Shown here piece by piece: positions 26,001 to 37,242 of a stretch of 64,000 nucleotides of DNA. Position 1 is the stretch's first letter. Each line of letters starts with the position of its first letter. Below the pieces are notes generated by a model, which saw nothing but the letters and a program-made list of their open reading frames with translations, was not told the DNA's origin and did no database searches. This DNA is from Takakia lepidozioides (taxonomy: Eukaryota; Plantae; Bryophyta), in NCBI GenBank assembly GCA_030704615.1, contig CM060732.1:20398001-20462000 (forward strand), given 5' to 3'. A program made the position numbers and the translations under genes.

Positions 26001-27444
26001 AATTTTCTCCGAGAATGTTGTGTCGAATTTTTGGACTTTATTTGGGTCGTTCAGGAGCTTAAATACCTTAAGCAGTCGATTATTGCTATCTAACCAGAGG
26101 ATAATTGATGGCCATTCGGCGTAGTAGTCCCTCTGCTCCTGGTCAGTAATCTCCTCCACAAGTTCCTAATTTTGAAAGTGTTACATCAGCATAGAATTGA
26201 ACTAGAAAGGAGCACGCACGATCGCGCGTGCTTGCTTATCATGCTATGCATCTCATAGAAACAAGTCGTCGATGCATCTGATATAATCATCTAGTAGAAG
26301 CACGCGGGATCGCGCGAAAATGCTAATGAAGCAGCGCAAAGAAATATTCGAAAGAAAATTCTCATAGAAGCAGAGAAGAATATAGAAGCACGCGTGATCG
26401 CGCGAGGTAAACGTTGATGTAATATACCTTTGCAGCCATAATTGTGTGCTGGCCTCCAATGACGAAGAATTTTGAATTGTTAATATCTTTATGATGTCTT
26501 GGTTTCATCGCAGACACTTGGGTTGGCATCTGTTTATTCCTCGGCGCTAGATAGACGAGATGTTTCGTATCTAGAATTTGCAACTGGTACAGACGGGCTT
26601 TTACTTCATCCTTGTGATTAATATTCAGCGGACGATACACCATGCTTCTTGGAGCAAGTTCTATCGAGATGTCAATTGAGATTATGTGGTTGAACCCAAA
26701 AGGAAACATGTTTTGGTAGTCATTCTTCAGACTTTGATTCATCGCCTCGCACTTCACCTTGTCGAAAATCTTGCCAGCTTTTGGCTTCTTGTTGTCATTC
26801 ATAAGTACAATATCGAGCTCTTCTTTCTTTTTCTTTTTCCCGGCTGGCTGCTCCTCCTCATTCTCAATCTGAGAGGATTCCACCGTGGACTTCCGTTTTC
26901 CTTTACCCTTTGCCCCCTTCGCTGCCGCATCGTCTCGTTATTTTTTGTTGATGTTTTCCTGCGCATGGAGTACATCTTGGAAAATGCTCCAAGCTCTTAC
27001 GAATCCCTGAGCAGTCGGGGCTGCACCACCTTCAGGGAAAGTGAATCCCATCTTCACAGCTGGTTTCATCATTGCCTTGCGAACGCGACGAGATTCCAGA
27101 GAAAAGCTAAACGTCTTTTTTGCTCTACCATCCTCCAAGATGAAAACCACCATCATTGGATTCTCCACGTCGGACTCCATCTCAACATATTTAACGTAGC
27201 CATAATTAAGCTCATTCACCTCTACTCCAATCTTGAAGGAAAACTTTAGTTGGTGGTCAGGGGGTACACCCACAGGATTTATTCCCCACTCGGAGATCGC
27301 CTGGTTAAGAATATACAAAGCTACGTGGTCTATGCTGAAGTTTGGTGATTTTGGTGAGATGAACTCCCCACATATCTCCTTGCATATGCCAACCAGGCAA
27401 TCTGGAGGTATGTTTGACTGGCCACTGAACATGAAACATAACAT
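23064..27444 (-). pseudogene. Spliced gene: ParB/Srx-like domain plus degenerate beta-class N4/N6 DNA-methyltransferase-like domain plus acidic tail
   Basis: YRPLN..H...FFVIGGQHTIMAAK (ParB-like); intron 26166-26427 joins in frame; removing the MITE restores the frame; YIASLFCGEGM[fs]AAVNLFGG..LASALH|intron 23802-23925|ARNVRVLDIN resembles the SAM-binding region; no DPPY/SPPY seen. Confidence 0.55.
24800..25407. mobile_element. Non-autonomous DNA transposon (MITE-like), 7-bp TIR TAGAGTG, 6-bp TSD
   Basis: TAGAGTG...CACTCTA termini, flanks GCACGC/GCATGC; excision restores ARRVIAC-IDPGASS in frame. Confidence 0.85.
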
Positions 27445-27900
27445 TATGTTATCGGGATTATATATGTCAAGGCATTATTTCAAGATTGAGAGGAAAGACC
27501 AAAATTTGAAACAAAACATAATGTAATGGATATCAGGCCAACATACAAATGGGAATCCCTCTTGGAATAAATGGAATTAAAAAACACTAACTTACAATTG
27601 AGTGGAATACGGGACATTCAAATGTGACTGCAACATGAAATAAATGGTTTGGAATAAATCAAAGTTACAATTAAGCTGGAAATCTCAAAAGGTGCAGATC
27701 AATTAATTGGTTTCATAAATAATCAAGAATACTTTATTATTCAACAGTGAAGAACGAAAAATGATCCATCGTTGGCATTTAAATCTACTGTCATATATGT
27801 CTGTCTAACACTGAGATGAACGACTATATCATGGTGATTCAGCACACCCCCAGTGAATCTCTTGAAAACTTCTTGGGTACCCTGAAAGTTATCCTACTGA

Positions 27901-28584
27901 TTATAGTGGGTAGTCGGTGGAACCACATAGAGATTCTGAACTGGTGGTATTGTACTCCGGTGTGCCCGTGCAGAATCTTTCTATTTCTGATGATTCCGAA
28001 TGGTTGGAACTTATAGTTGACGTAGGTGTGTATTGTGCCAAAAATGAGGCCAATGCAGGCGACCCGGGTCTGAGGTGGCTAAAGTATCCTATTGATGAGT
28101 ACTCTGGGGATCCGGGAGTATACTTTGGCGATGAGGGAGTGTACTCTGGGGTTGAGGGTGTGTACTATGGGGAAACGGGAGTATACTCCGGGGATTCGGG
28201 TATATACTCTGGGGAATCTGGTGTATACGCAGGGTACCCAGCGCAAAATTCCGCCGATACTTCAGCTACAGGATCTCCAAAAGATCCCCCACAATATTGT
28301 TCTAGAAAAGATCTTAAAGCTGCTGACCCGGGAGGAACGTCGCAAAAATATCCTATTGGTGAATAATTGTCCTGATCGTCTGATTCAGGAGAATAGCTAT
28401 CAGGCTCCTTTGTGGATGGAATTGTAGAAACTGGAGATAATCGATCATAAACTTGAAGTCCTTTGGAAGGACCCGTCATAATAACCGCAGCTCCGCATTC
28501 ACCTTGTGAGGAGGGTGAAAGCGTTGTCTTGTGCCCGGTATGTTCCATCTCCTTCTCCTCCTTCATCGAACACGAATCCACCAC
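27901..28584 (-). pseudogene. Ser/Pro/Tyr-rich ORF with six Pol II CTD-like heptads (one in-frame TAG)
   Basis: 28227-28102 encodes YTPDSPE YIPESPE YTPVSP* YTPSTPE YTPSSPK YTPGSPE; reading continues to TAA at 27901. Confidence 0.65.
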
Positions 28585-29205
28585 ACTGGAACAATCATCA
28601 AGAACTCGTGCTCAGTTATAGACTGTACAGAATGAGACACGCGAAGAACGTGCGATCACGCGTATTTGGTCCACAGTTTTCCCTCCAATAACGTAAAATC
28701 CGATTTTAAGCAGCAACGAGGTTGCTAAGCATGGCAAACAAAATCTCTATCCATGACTTTGTTCTTTCTGTCATAGAAGAGTATCCTGACATTTGTGATG
28801 CCAAGAAAATTCTTCTAAGGCGTAGGAACTTCAGAATCACGCGCAATCGTGCGTTATTGAGTTGAGGAACAGATGAACTAAATTCATCCCACTGGGAGAA
28901 GTCTACCGGAAGGACTATTAAAGGACATTGAGAACATTGAGGATTATCTAGATGGGAGTCGCCGTAATTTATATTTAGAATAAGAATGAAACGAAGAAGT
29001 CATACTACAACACATCTATATTCCAAATGTACGAATCAACCCATCATGACAAGCATTGACATAGCTCACACATTCTGGGACATATTTACAGTTTACTACA
29101 TATCAAGTTAACCACAAGATTTTTTTTACATCGCGAGTGTTAGATAATGTCTTGTGGTTTACATGACAAGAATCAAAATGCATTTCGAGAGTCTAGTCAA
29201 GAGAA

Positions 29206-30288
29206 ATCATTTGGGTTTTTGTCGCTTCACGTAGGAGTGGCCTTATTAATGTAAGAACAGAAGCACGCGCGATCGCGTGATGTTCATTTGTTTCTAGAAC
29301 ATCCATATTCTGATAACTTGTTCTTTGTGCAAGGCTAGTCTTGTGGTCCACCCTGAACACCTCCTCCCATCATACATAAGAGTGACCATGCCACCACATA
29401 CATGAACTATCATACTCTGTGTTCACGGCAAGACTGATAAAGTGCGACGCAAGATTTTAGTTGACATTGTATGATGTGAACTAATGTCTTGCGTATCACT
29501 TTACAGTTTTGAGGATGTACTCATATGTGTTTAGCTAATCATCTGGGTATCAATAGTGTTGATGTTGGTCCCACGAATAGAAGTACCAAATGAAGCGCGC
29601 GTGATAAAGCGTGCTTCTTCAGACCATTCTTTCACATCACATCTCCACTGTCTAATCTCAAACATCAAATGACATAATTGATGAACAACCTAATCAAGTA
29701 ATATTACACACTGACCCAGACCTTTGGATCGATACTCGGCTAGTATTGTATTGTCTTGTGGTCCACACTGAACACCTCCTCCCATCATACATAAGAGTGA
29801 CCATGTCAGCAGTACATCCAAGAATTATCATACTATATGTGCATGGCAAGACTGATAAAGTGCGTCGCAAGATTTTAGTTGACATTGTATGATGTGAACT
29901 AATGTCTTGCGAATCACTTTACAGTTTTGAGGATGCACTCATAGATGTCCTCATCTGTGTCTAGCTAATCATCTGGGTATCAATAGTGATGTTGTTGGAC
30001 CCACGAATAGAAGTACCAAATGAAGCACGCGCGATCGCGCGTGCTTCTTCCATCCATTCTTTCACGTATAATCTTCACTAAATAATCTCATAAATTAAAC
30101 GACACAATCAATGAACAACCTAATCGATGTTGACGACAAGTAATATTACTAACTATTGTGGGAAGTCAGAAAGTGGGAAAACATTTGGGTTTTTGTCACT
30201 TCACTTAGTAGTGGTCTTATTAATGTAGGAACAGAAACACGCGCGATTGCGCGATGTTCATTTGTTTCTATAACATCCATATTCTGAT
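29206..30288. repeat. Internally duplicated blocks carrying the 18-bp palindrome
   Basis: ~29338-29695 repeated at ~29753-30125; ~29208-29314 repeated at ~30182-30288. Confidence 0.85.
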
Positions 30289-31894
30289 GTGTCAAGTTAT
30301 TTCACCACTAGTGTGAAACTAGCAAGGAAATATGTAGCTTTTACATATTGATATTTGGGATTGGCCCAAGTGTCAATCCAGGGATCAAGGCAGATTTAGG
30401 CCCTGGAGTGGTTATCTTCACGGCAAGCGCGAGAGGCTCATCTTTCTCGAGTTGAGCCTCACTACGCCTAGCTATGGCGCCGTAGTGTGGATTCCCCATG
30501 GCGTGGGTGCACTTGGCTTGACTTGTATTTGAGTGATGAGTTTATATATGCATGAGTTTATGCTTCAGCTTTGTGAGCTCGCATGAGCTTGTGCTTGTAT
30601 TCTTCTTCTTTATCACTCGAGAAAGATGAGCTCGTATCTGTGAGTGCCAGATACGAGTTAGTTGTAGCACTTGTGGTTTTCGCTTGAGAATGAGAGAAAC
30701 CAGGTTGTTATGCAAAGAGCATCGTGGAGCTCTTGGTTGTTAGGAGCGGAGGCGATGTGGGTTACGAGGTGGTAGACCTTGGCATTTGATCTTCAGTTTC
30801 AGAGATGAAAGCACCATGCTGCAGGTAATTCCAGAGCACCTTGATGGTTTCAGATTATATACATGCATAAGCAAGCACAATTAGGAAGAGGATCAGTCAA
30901 GAGCGGGTTATAGTGGCTCTGGCGGCGAATCTAAGAACTGGCCTTGGGAATACGAGCTTCCATGGTGCGGAAGAGTAAAAGATCAAGCGAGAGGGCTGAT
31001 TTGGCTTTGGGGCAAATCATTGCACTTTGTGGAGTATGTTGAGATTGTGTCGCGGCCCTTTGCCTTGAGGGCAGGGGGTCGGGACACAAGAGGGGCTGCC
31101 CCTGTGGTGGGGGTAGTGGCAACAATAGGTACGGGGGCTGAAACACCCTTGAGTGCCCAAGGCACTCAAGGAGGCGGAGGCGCTCACTAGGTGGAGCCCC
31201 GCACACCGGGTTACGGTAGGGGTGGTTCCACGAGGGGTGGTGGTAGCTTAGTGGGTCTTAGTGGGGGTGGCATAGGACTCACCATAGGGCGGAGACCTTG
31301 TGGTGGGAGTCGTGGGGAGTCTTGGGACTCATCACGGTCCAATGGGGCCGTGGTGGGTGGGCCAAGACTCACCGCGACTCACCACCAGGAATGGAGGGTT
31401 TTCGTGGTGGTTCGCCATAAAATGACTGGGTTGTTTGTGAAACCCCCGCGGACAGTCACAGAAGTATATATAGGGAGTAGTAACCCCGAGAACGGTGCAA
31501 GCCCGTTGGTGACCAAAAACTAGTGAGTAAGCGTGCGAGCCGGAAGCGACCAAGGTGTGGGGAGCTGTTCCGGACTGCCAACAACCAAAGGGAATTTCCA
31601 CTAGGCCCAAAATTGAGCGAGGGTCTGGTGGAGGGGTAAAGGGGGACCGTTATGTCCCGGTGAGCAACCGAGTTGGCCCGGCGGCCAGTTTGGGAGTTAG
31701 GCGCGCGCATCAAAGTGAGTAACTATGACCTGAAGGGGAGCTTACCGAAGTGAGGTGCACGACACTTGGTATCAGAGCTAAGAGTTCAGTACGCGATCGT
31801 CCTTGAGATCGGCCTCATTATGGGGTCGGGCAAGCCAAAGTAAAAGCGGAACGGCCCGAAAGATGATGATCCTGGTGAGCCCGGTAGGGGCGAT

Positions 31895-34800
31895 GTGTCA
31901 CCAAAGCGACAATTGGAAGAGGCGATTCATGCTTCTGAAAGCAAGGCCGCTCAAGAATGGGTGGAATTTTGGGAGTCGGAGCCCAAGGACTTCCCGGAGG
32001 CTCCGCCAGACCAACAGATGCCTCCCATGCCAGCAGCCTTTTGGGAAGGGTTGTTGGCGCAGTTTGGCGGGACGTTGAAAGACGTGTTGAAGACGGCTAA
32101 TGCCACTTCCACTAAGGCAAAGTTTAAGGTGAAGCCTAAGGAACCCGACACCTTCAAGGGCGTCCGAAATCGGAAGGCACTCAACACGTGGCTCTTGGAG
32201 CTAGAGCAGTACTTCCGGGCGGCCAAGTTGAGTGACGAGGATCGGGTGGAAGTGGCTCCCACCTATTTGAGGGGCTATGCTCAACAATGGTGGCAGAAAC
32301 GCCTTCATGACCAAGGTCCAAACCCATAAACCTTGAGCTGGAGTGGGTTCAAGGAACTTATGAAACAGTTTGTGCCCCTCAACGCGTCCTGGCTCGCCCG
32401 GGACAAGATGAGGAATTTGAAGCAAACGGATGACATTCGGGGATATGTTCAGGCTTTCAATGTGCTGTTGCTCGAAGTCGCAGATATGGAAGAACCAGAA
32501 ATGGTCTTCAACTTTGTGGCGGGACTGGCCCCATGGGCCAGGCGGAAGTTGGAGGAGAAGCCACTTATTTTTATTCGGTTCCCACAGGGAGGAAATGTTA
32601 TTGGTATACCATCAGCATGAGGCCTCTCCAGGGCGCAGCGCAGGCACTAGCCTGAGCATTTTTTCGCTGCGCCCTTCTTCTATCTCATTCAGAGATGAAG
32701 TTTACCTTTATATTTCGAAGGAGAGGTGGATAGAATAGATAATTCTAAGAAACCCTCAGAAGCATTGGGGGGACACCCCACAGGGAAGCCACCTGTTCCC
32801 GCTATTGACGAACATCCACTTCCACACATTGCACTGCTGGGTCTTTGTGTGTGATGGCGTGAATATTCGTAAGTGCCTCGAGGGCTTGACTCTGGAACAA
32901 AAGCTTATTGTTCTGGCTAGAGCCATCGGCGAAGAGAACCAGGGACCAAGTTGCTTGGCCTCGGGGCCGCAGGCCACATGAGGCGTAGCTTCAGATATTC
33001 GGAAAAGAGAGAAAGAAAAAATATTTTTTATTGGCTACCACCCTCCACGCCGCGGCGGGAAGATGAATCATTTGTCATGATCTAGGGCGCAGGCTTTTCC
33101 TGCTCCCATGTGCTTTGCCAGGCCCGGCCCGTCGGGAGAGAAGTAAGTGGGTAAACGGAGAAGAGAATCAATCATCTCTTTTATGAGCTTTTCCGTTTAG
33201 GGACGAATATAATCGAGCGCATGGCGCTGGGGTCAAAGATCCCCAGGTGAAGCGCCAAGGCTTCCGGGCTAAAATAGGATCACCGTTGGATACTTTAAAA
33301 CGAGGAATATTGACTCTAGATTTTGTATTTCCTAAAATGAGCACCCCAGGGCCGAACGATTCGTACGTTCGAGCCCTTCACTCGCCACCAAGAGCATACG
33401 CATGGAAAAACTGATAGAGAAACAGGGGGGTAGACTTTGAATGAGGCAATTGAAAGGGCTGAATGTTTCTCAGATGTCCCTAGGGGCGAAAGACAAGGCC
33501 GTATGGAGCTGAACCACAAGAAGACCCAGTGGGAGGGTGACTCCTTCCGACCGGAAAAGAAGTGGGATAGGCCACACGGCGACAATGGCACATGGAAATC
33601 GAAGGGATGGCCTTCACACGTCAAAGCGGCACTCGGTGCCCCGAAAAGAAATCAGGTGCGGTGGCTTATGGCGGACAGAAGACGACCTTTGATGGAGTGT
33701 GTTTTAATTGTGGGGAGCCCGGGCACATGGCCAAGAAGTGTGCAAAACCCCGACAATTGAACATGACTCGGGCGACCACGGAGCTGTCCGAAGATTCCAT
33801 CAGTCGCTTGGTGGAAGCGATGGTCGCCAAGACTTGCAAGGTAGGCAACTACTCTTGTGAGTTGTATCAGGAGACTGGCCCCTTGCGTAAAGGGAGTCAG
33901 TTAATGTTCGTGTGTGGGATAATTTTTGGAACTAACGTGTCGTTGTTGGTGGGCACATGAGCGTCGCACTCCTTCATGACACCAGCAACGGCACGGAAGC
34001 TGGGGCTCCCGACAAGTGATGTGGGGGCCTCTATTGAAGTGCGTTCTGCCAAAGGAGAACCACAATTGACGACGAGGTTGGCGTTCGATGCTCCTCTTCA
34101 GCTCAGGAATTGGGAGGGACGTGAGAACTTCACCATTTGTGAGATCGATGGAGTGGATCTCATTTTGGGGATGACATTTTTGAGCAAATCCGGAGCGGTC
34201 ATAGATGGCCGCAAGAGAATAGTCACGTTACCGTGTGGGAATGGTGGTGAAGTGTTACGGTTGTCGGAAACGCCCAACCGAGTGGGAGGGCAAATAAACC
34301 TGCTATCAGTAAAGGAGTGGACCGTGGAGGAGCCACACGAGCCCCAATTTTTGTTTTACGTAAGACAAGTGGAAGGAGAAGTCGATAGGGAGCCGAGCCC
34401 AGATTGGATCAAGGGGATCTTGGAGAAATAACAGGATGTGATGCCGGAGGACTTACCAAGCGGCTTGCCACCGCGAAGAGGAGTTGACCACAAGATAGAG
34501 GTGATACCGGGATCGGAGCCGCCTGCCAAGGCACCCTACCGGTTGAGCCACAGAGAGTTGGTCAAGCTGAAGGACCAACTCAAGGATCTAATATCAAAGG
34601 GGTACATCCGGCCGAGTAAGTCACCTTACGGAGCCCCGGTGCTATTCGCAGACAAGAAGGATGGGACGTTGCGGATGTGTGTCGATTACAGGGCGCTGAA
34701 TAAGGTGACTATAAAAAACCGGTACCTTTTGCCAAGGATCGACGACCTCTTCGATCGGTTGGCAGGAGCAAAATATTTCAGCCGGATCGTGTTTGCGTTC

Positions 34801-36240
34801 AGGATATCATCAAATCCGAGTGGCGGAAGGAGATGAGGAGAAGACCACATGCAGGATAAGATATGGTTCATATGAGTTATTGGTGATGCCTTTTGGGCTC
34901 ACCAACGCACCCGCGACCTTAGCACGCTAATGAACAGCCTTTTCCAGGAGTGGTTGGATGACTTTGTGATCGTGTACATCGACGACATCTTGGTGTACTC
35001 GAAAACAAAGGAAGAGCACCTGGAGCACCTCAAAAGGGTGTTCCAGAAATTGCGGGAAGGGAAGCTATATGCCAAAGCTTCAAAGTACAAATTCGGGGTC
35101 ACAAAAGTGGAGTTCCTAGGGCATGTGATTACACAGGATGGGATCAAAATGGATGAGCCTCCGGCTTCGGTCCCGGGAGTGCGATCCTTCCTAAGACTCG
35201 CCTCTTATTACCGAAAGTATATGAGAAATTTTGCCAAGATCGCGGGGCCGCTGTCAGACCTTATGTGTAAGTCCAAGGTATGGGTATGGAACACCTTTTG
35301 TGGCCAAGCTTTTGCCGAGTTGAAGTAGCAGATGGCGGAAGCTCCAGTCCTGAAAATCCCGGAGTTCGACCGTCCATTTGAGATTCATACAGATGCGTCG
35401 GACTTCGCAATTGGGGGTGTGCTCATGCAGGATGGACGTCCAGTGACTTACGAAAGTAAGAAATTGAATGAAGTGGAGCGACGGTGGCCAACGCACGATG
35501 AAGGCGGTGGTGCATTGCCTTGAGCTTTGGCGCCACTATGTTGGTTCCAACCCGGTGAAGGTGTTCACGGACAATGTCACGGTGAAGTATTTTGCCACAC
35601 AACCTAAGTTGTTCCCAAAACAACTGAGGTGACAAGACACTTTGGCAGTGTTCGATGTGGATATCCAGTACAAACCGGGACGGGACAATATGGTGGCCGA
35701 TGCTTTAAGTAGAAAGCAGCAGCTCATGTTGGTGTACAGGGGCGAGACGACGCTCCAAAGGAAGATCCGGAAGGCTTACCGAAAGGATGAGATGACAAAG
35801 TCCGTGATGCGGGACTTGAGGATGGGGATTAAATCGCAGTTCCACTTGCACAATGGACTGCTCCGGTACAAGCAAAAGCGTCTCTATGTGCCGAAGGGAG
35901 GGATCAGAGATAGTCTCTTGAGAGAATGCCATGATGGCCCGCTTGCGGGCCACGACGGAGCCAAGCGCACCGCGACACTCTTGAAGAAAAAGTATTTTTG
36001 GCCCAAACTGAGGGAGGAGGCCGAGGAGTATGTCAAGACATGCACCACATGCCAACAAAACCGGAGCGAGTACAAAAAGCAAGCGGGGCTGTTACAACCT
36101 TTGCCGATTCCAGAGGGGTCTTGGGAAAGTATCTCGATGGATTTCATGACTGCTATGCCGCTGTCAAAAGGATTCGATACAATCATGGTGGTGATGAATA
36201 GGTTCAGTAAAATGGGCCATTTCATCCTCACCAAGGAGAC
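31895..36240 (+). pseudogene. gag-pol of gypsy element 2, integrase truncated
   Basis: KPKEPDTFKG gag, CFNCGEPGHMAKKC knuckle, [11 protein letters not shown] / YIDDILVYS RT, IHTDASDFAIGGVL RNase H, HHCC integrase, ending at SKMGHFILTKET. Confidence 0.92.
32564..33432. mobile_element. Unclassified ~870-bp insertion in gag of gypsy 2
   Basis: gag reads ...ARRKLEEKP / TLNEAIERAE... across it; right end GAAACAGGGGGGTA; no matching left TIR. Confidence 0.65.
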
Positions 36241-37242
36241 GCCTTTGCATTGTATCCGCTTTGGATAGGCTCATGCACGAATCCCTGCACTCTAGGCTGA
36301 ACCGCTTCTCATGATCTGAAAACACAAGTGCTACAAATAACTCGAACCTGGCAGTCATTCCCAATCCTTCTATCGACCATCCAAGGGCCATTCTATTATG
36401 CCCAACCTTGTAACCCTTGAAGAATGCGCATCAAATATTCGAATTAGATTTAGGGTATATGGTTTAAGGTGAGGACAATGTAAGGACTAAAGGCCCCAGA
36501 AGTATTGTCTTCAGAAGGTCCTAATAAGATAAACAGACCCGAGATAAATTAACCTGAGATGACACGGAATAACGGGTGGCAAAGCGAGGTTCATGACTGA
36601 TTAGTGACGAAGAAAATTGAGAAGAATCTTAAGATAATCCAAAAAGGCAATGAAGGAAATGTAATTCTGTACTTGGAGCCAGACTTACAGAAAGCTACTG
36701 ACGAGTAATGGGAGAAGATTCACAAGATTCACAAGTAGTAAACCGCGAGAAAGCCTGTCCATTGAAGCAATAACTTTCACAAATTGCCACGCGGTTTATA
36801 CTCAGGACGTTTTTTAGACCAATCATATTGGGCCCAACAATACGACCATGTGGACCGACAATGAAGGATATGGGCGAATCTGTTGAGGAGAAGACACTTT
36901 GGTGATAACCAAAAGAAATGGGTGTAATGTGAGAGAGGAACCGCAAAGAGAATGAAGCAGTGACATCAGAAAAACTAGGAACTCCGGATGATCACTCGAG
37001 GTTCCTGAAACGTTACAGAGATGAGACCTGTCTGGAAAAAAACTGGTGGCTGGCAAAGAAGGTAGATTAATATTTGAACACGTGAAGAGAAACAAATGGA
37101 GAGTGGAGGTAAAACATTAGTTTTATTCTTGAAAACATGCCGAGGAGTGAACCTCCACAATATGTCCTTGTCAACATTGTTCTCCGCCAGAGGTTGCATT
37201 GTCTTCATTGTCTGACTGTTGATTGGCCTCATCCAAATTTGC

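Larger units (their letters stand above)
30290..36240 (+). mobile_element. 3'-truncated Ty3/gypsy LTR retrotransposon 2
   Basis: Putative 5' LTR 30290-31764 (TGTC...GACA), PBS TGGTATCAGAGC 31767-31778, gag-PR-RT-RH-partial INT; no 3' LTR in the window. Confidence 0.9.

Noticed and set aside
27917-28366. Plus-strand 149-aa ORF with GVYSGxx repeats
   Set aside because: Probably the antisense shadow of the YxPxSPx frame; all neighbouring genes are minus-strand. Not fully excluded, since this frame has no stop.
27901-28584. A genuine RPB1 gene
   Set aside because: Only six degenerate heptads and no polymerase domains nearby
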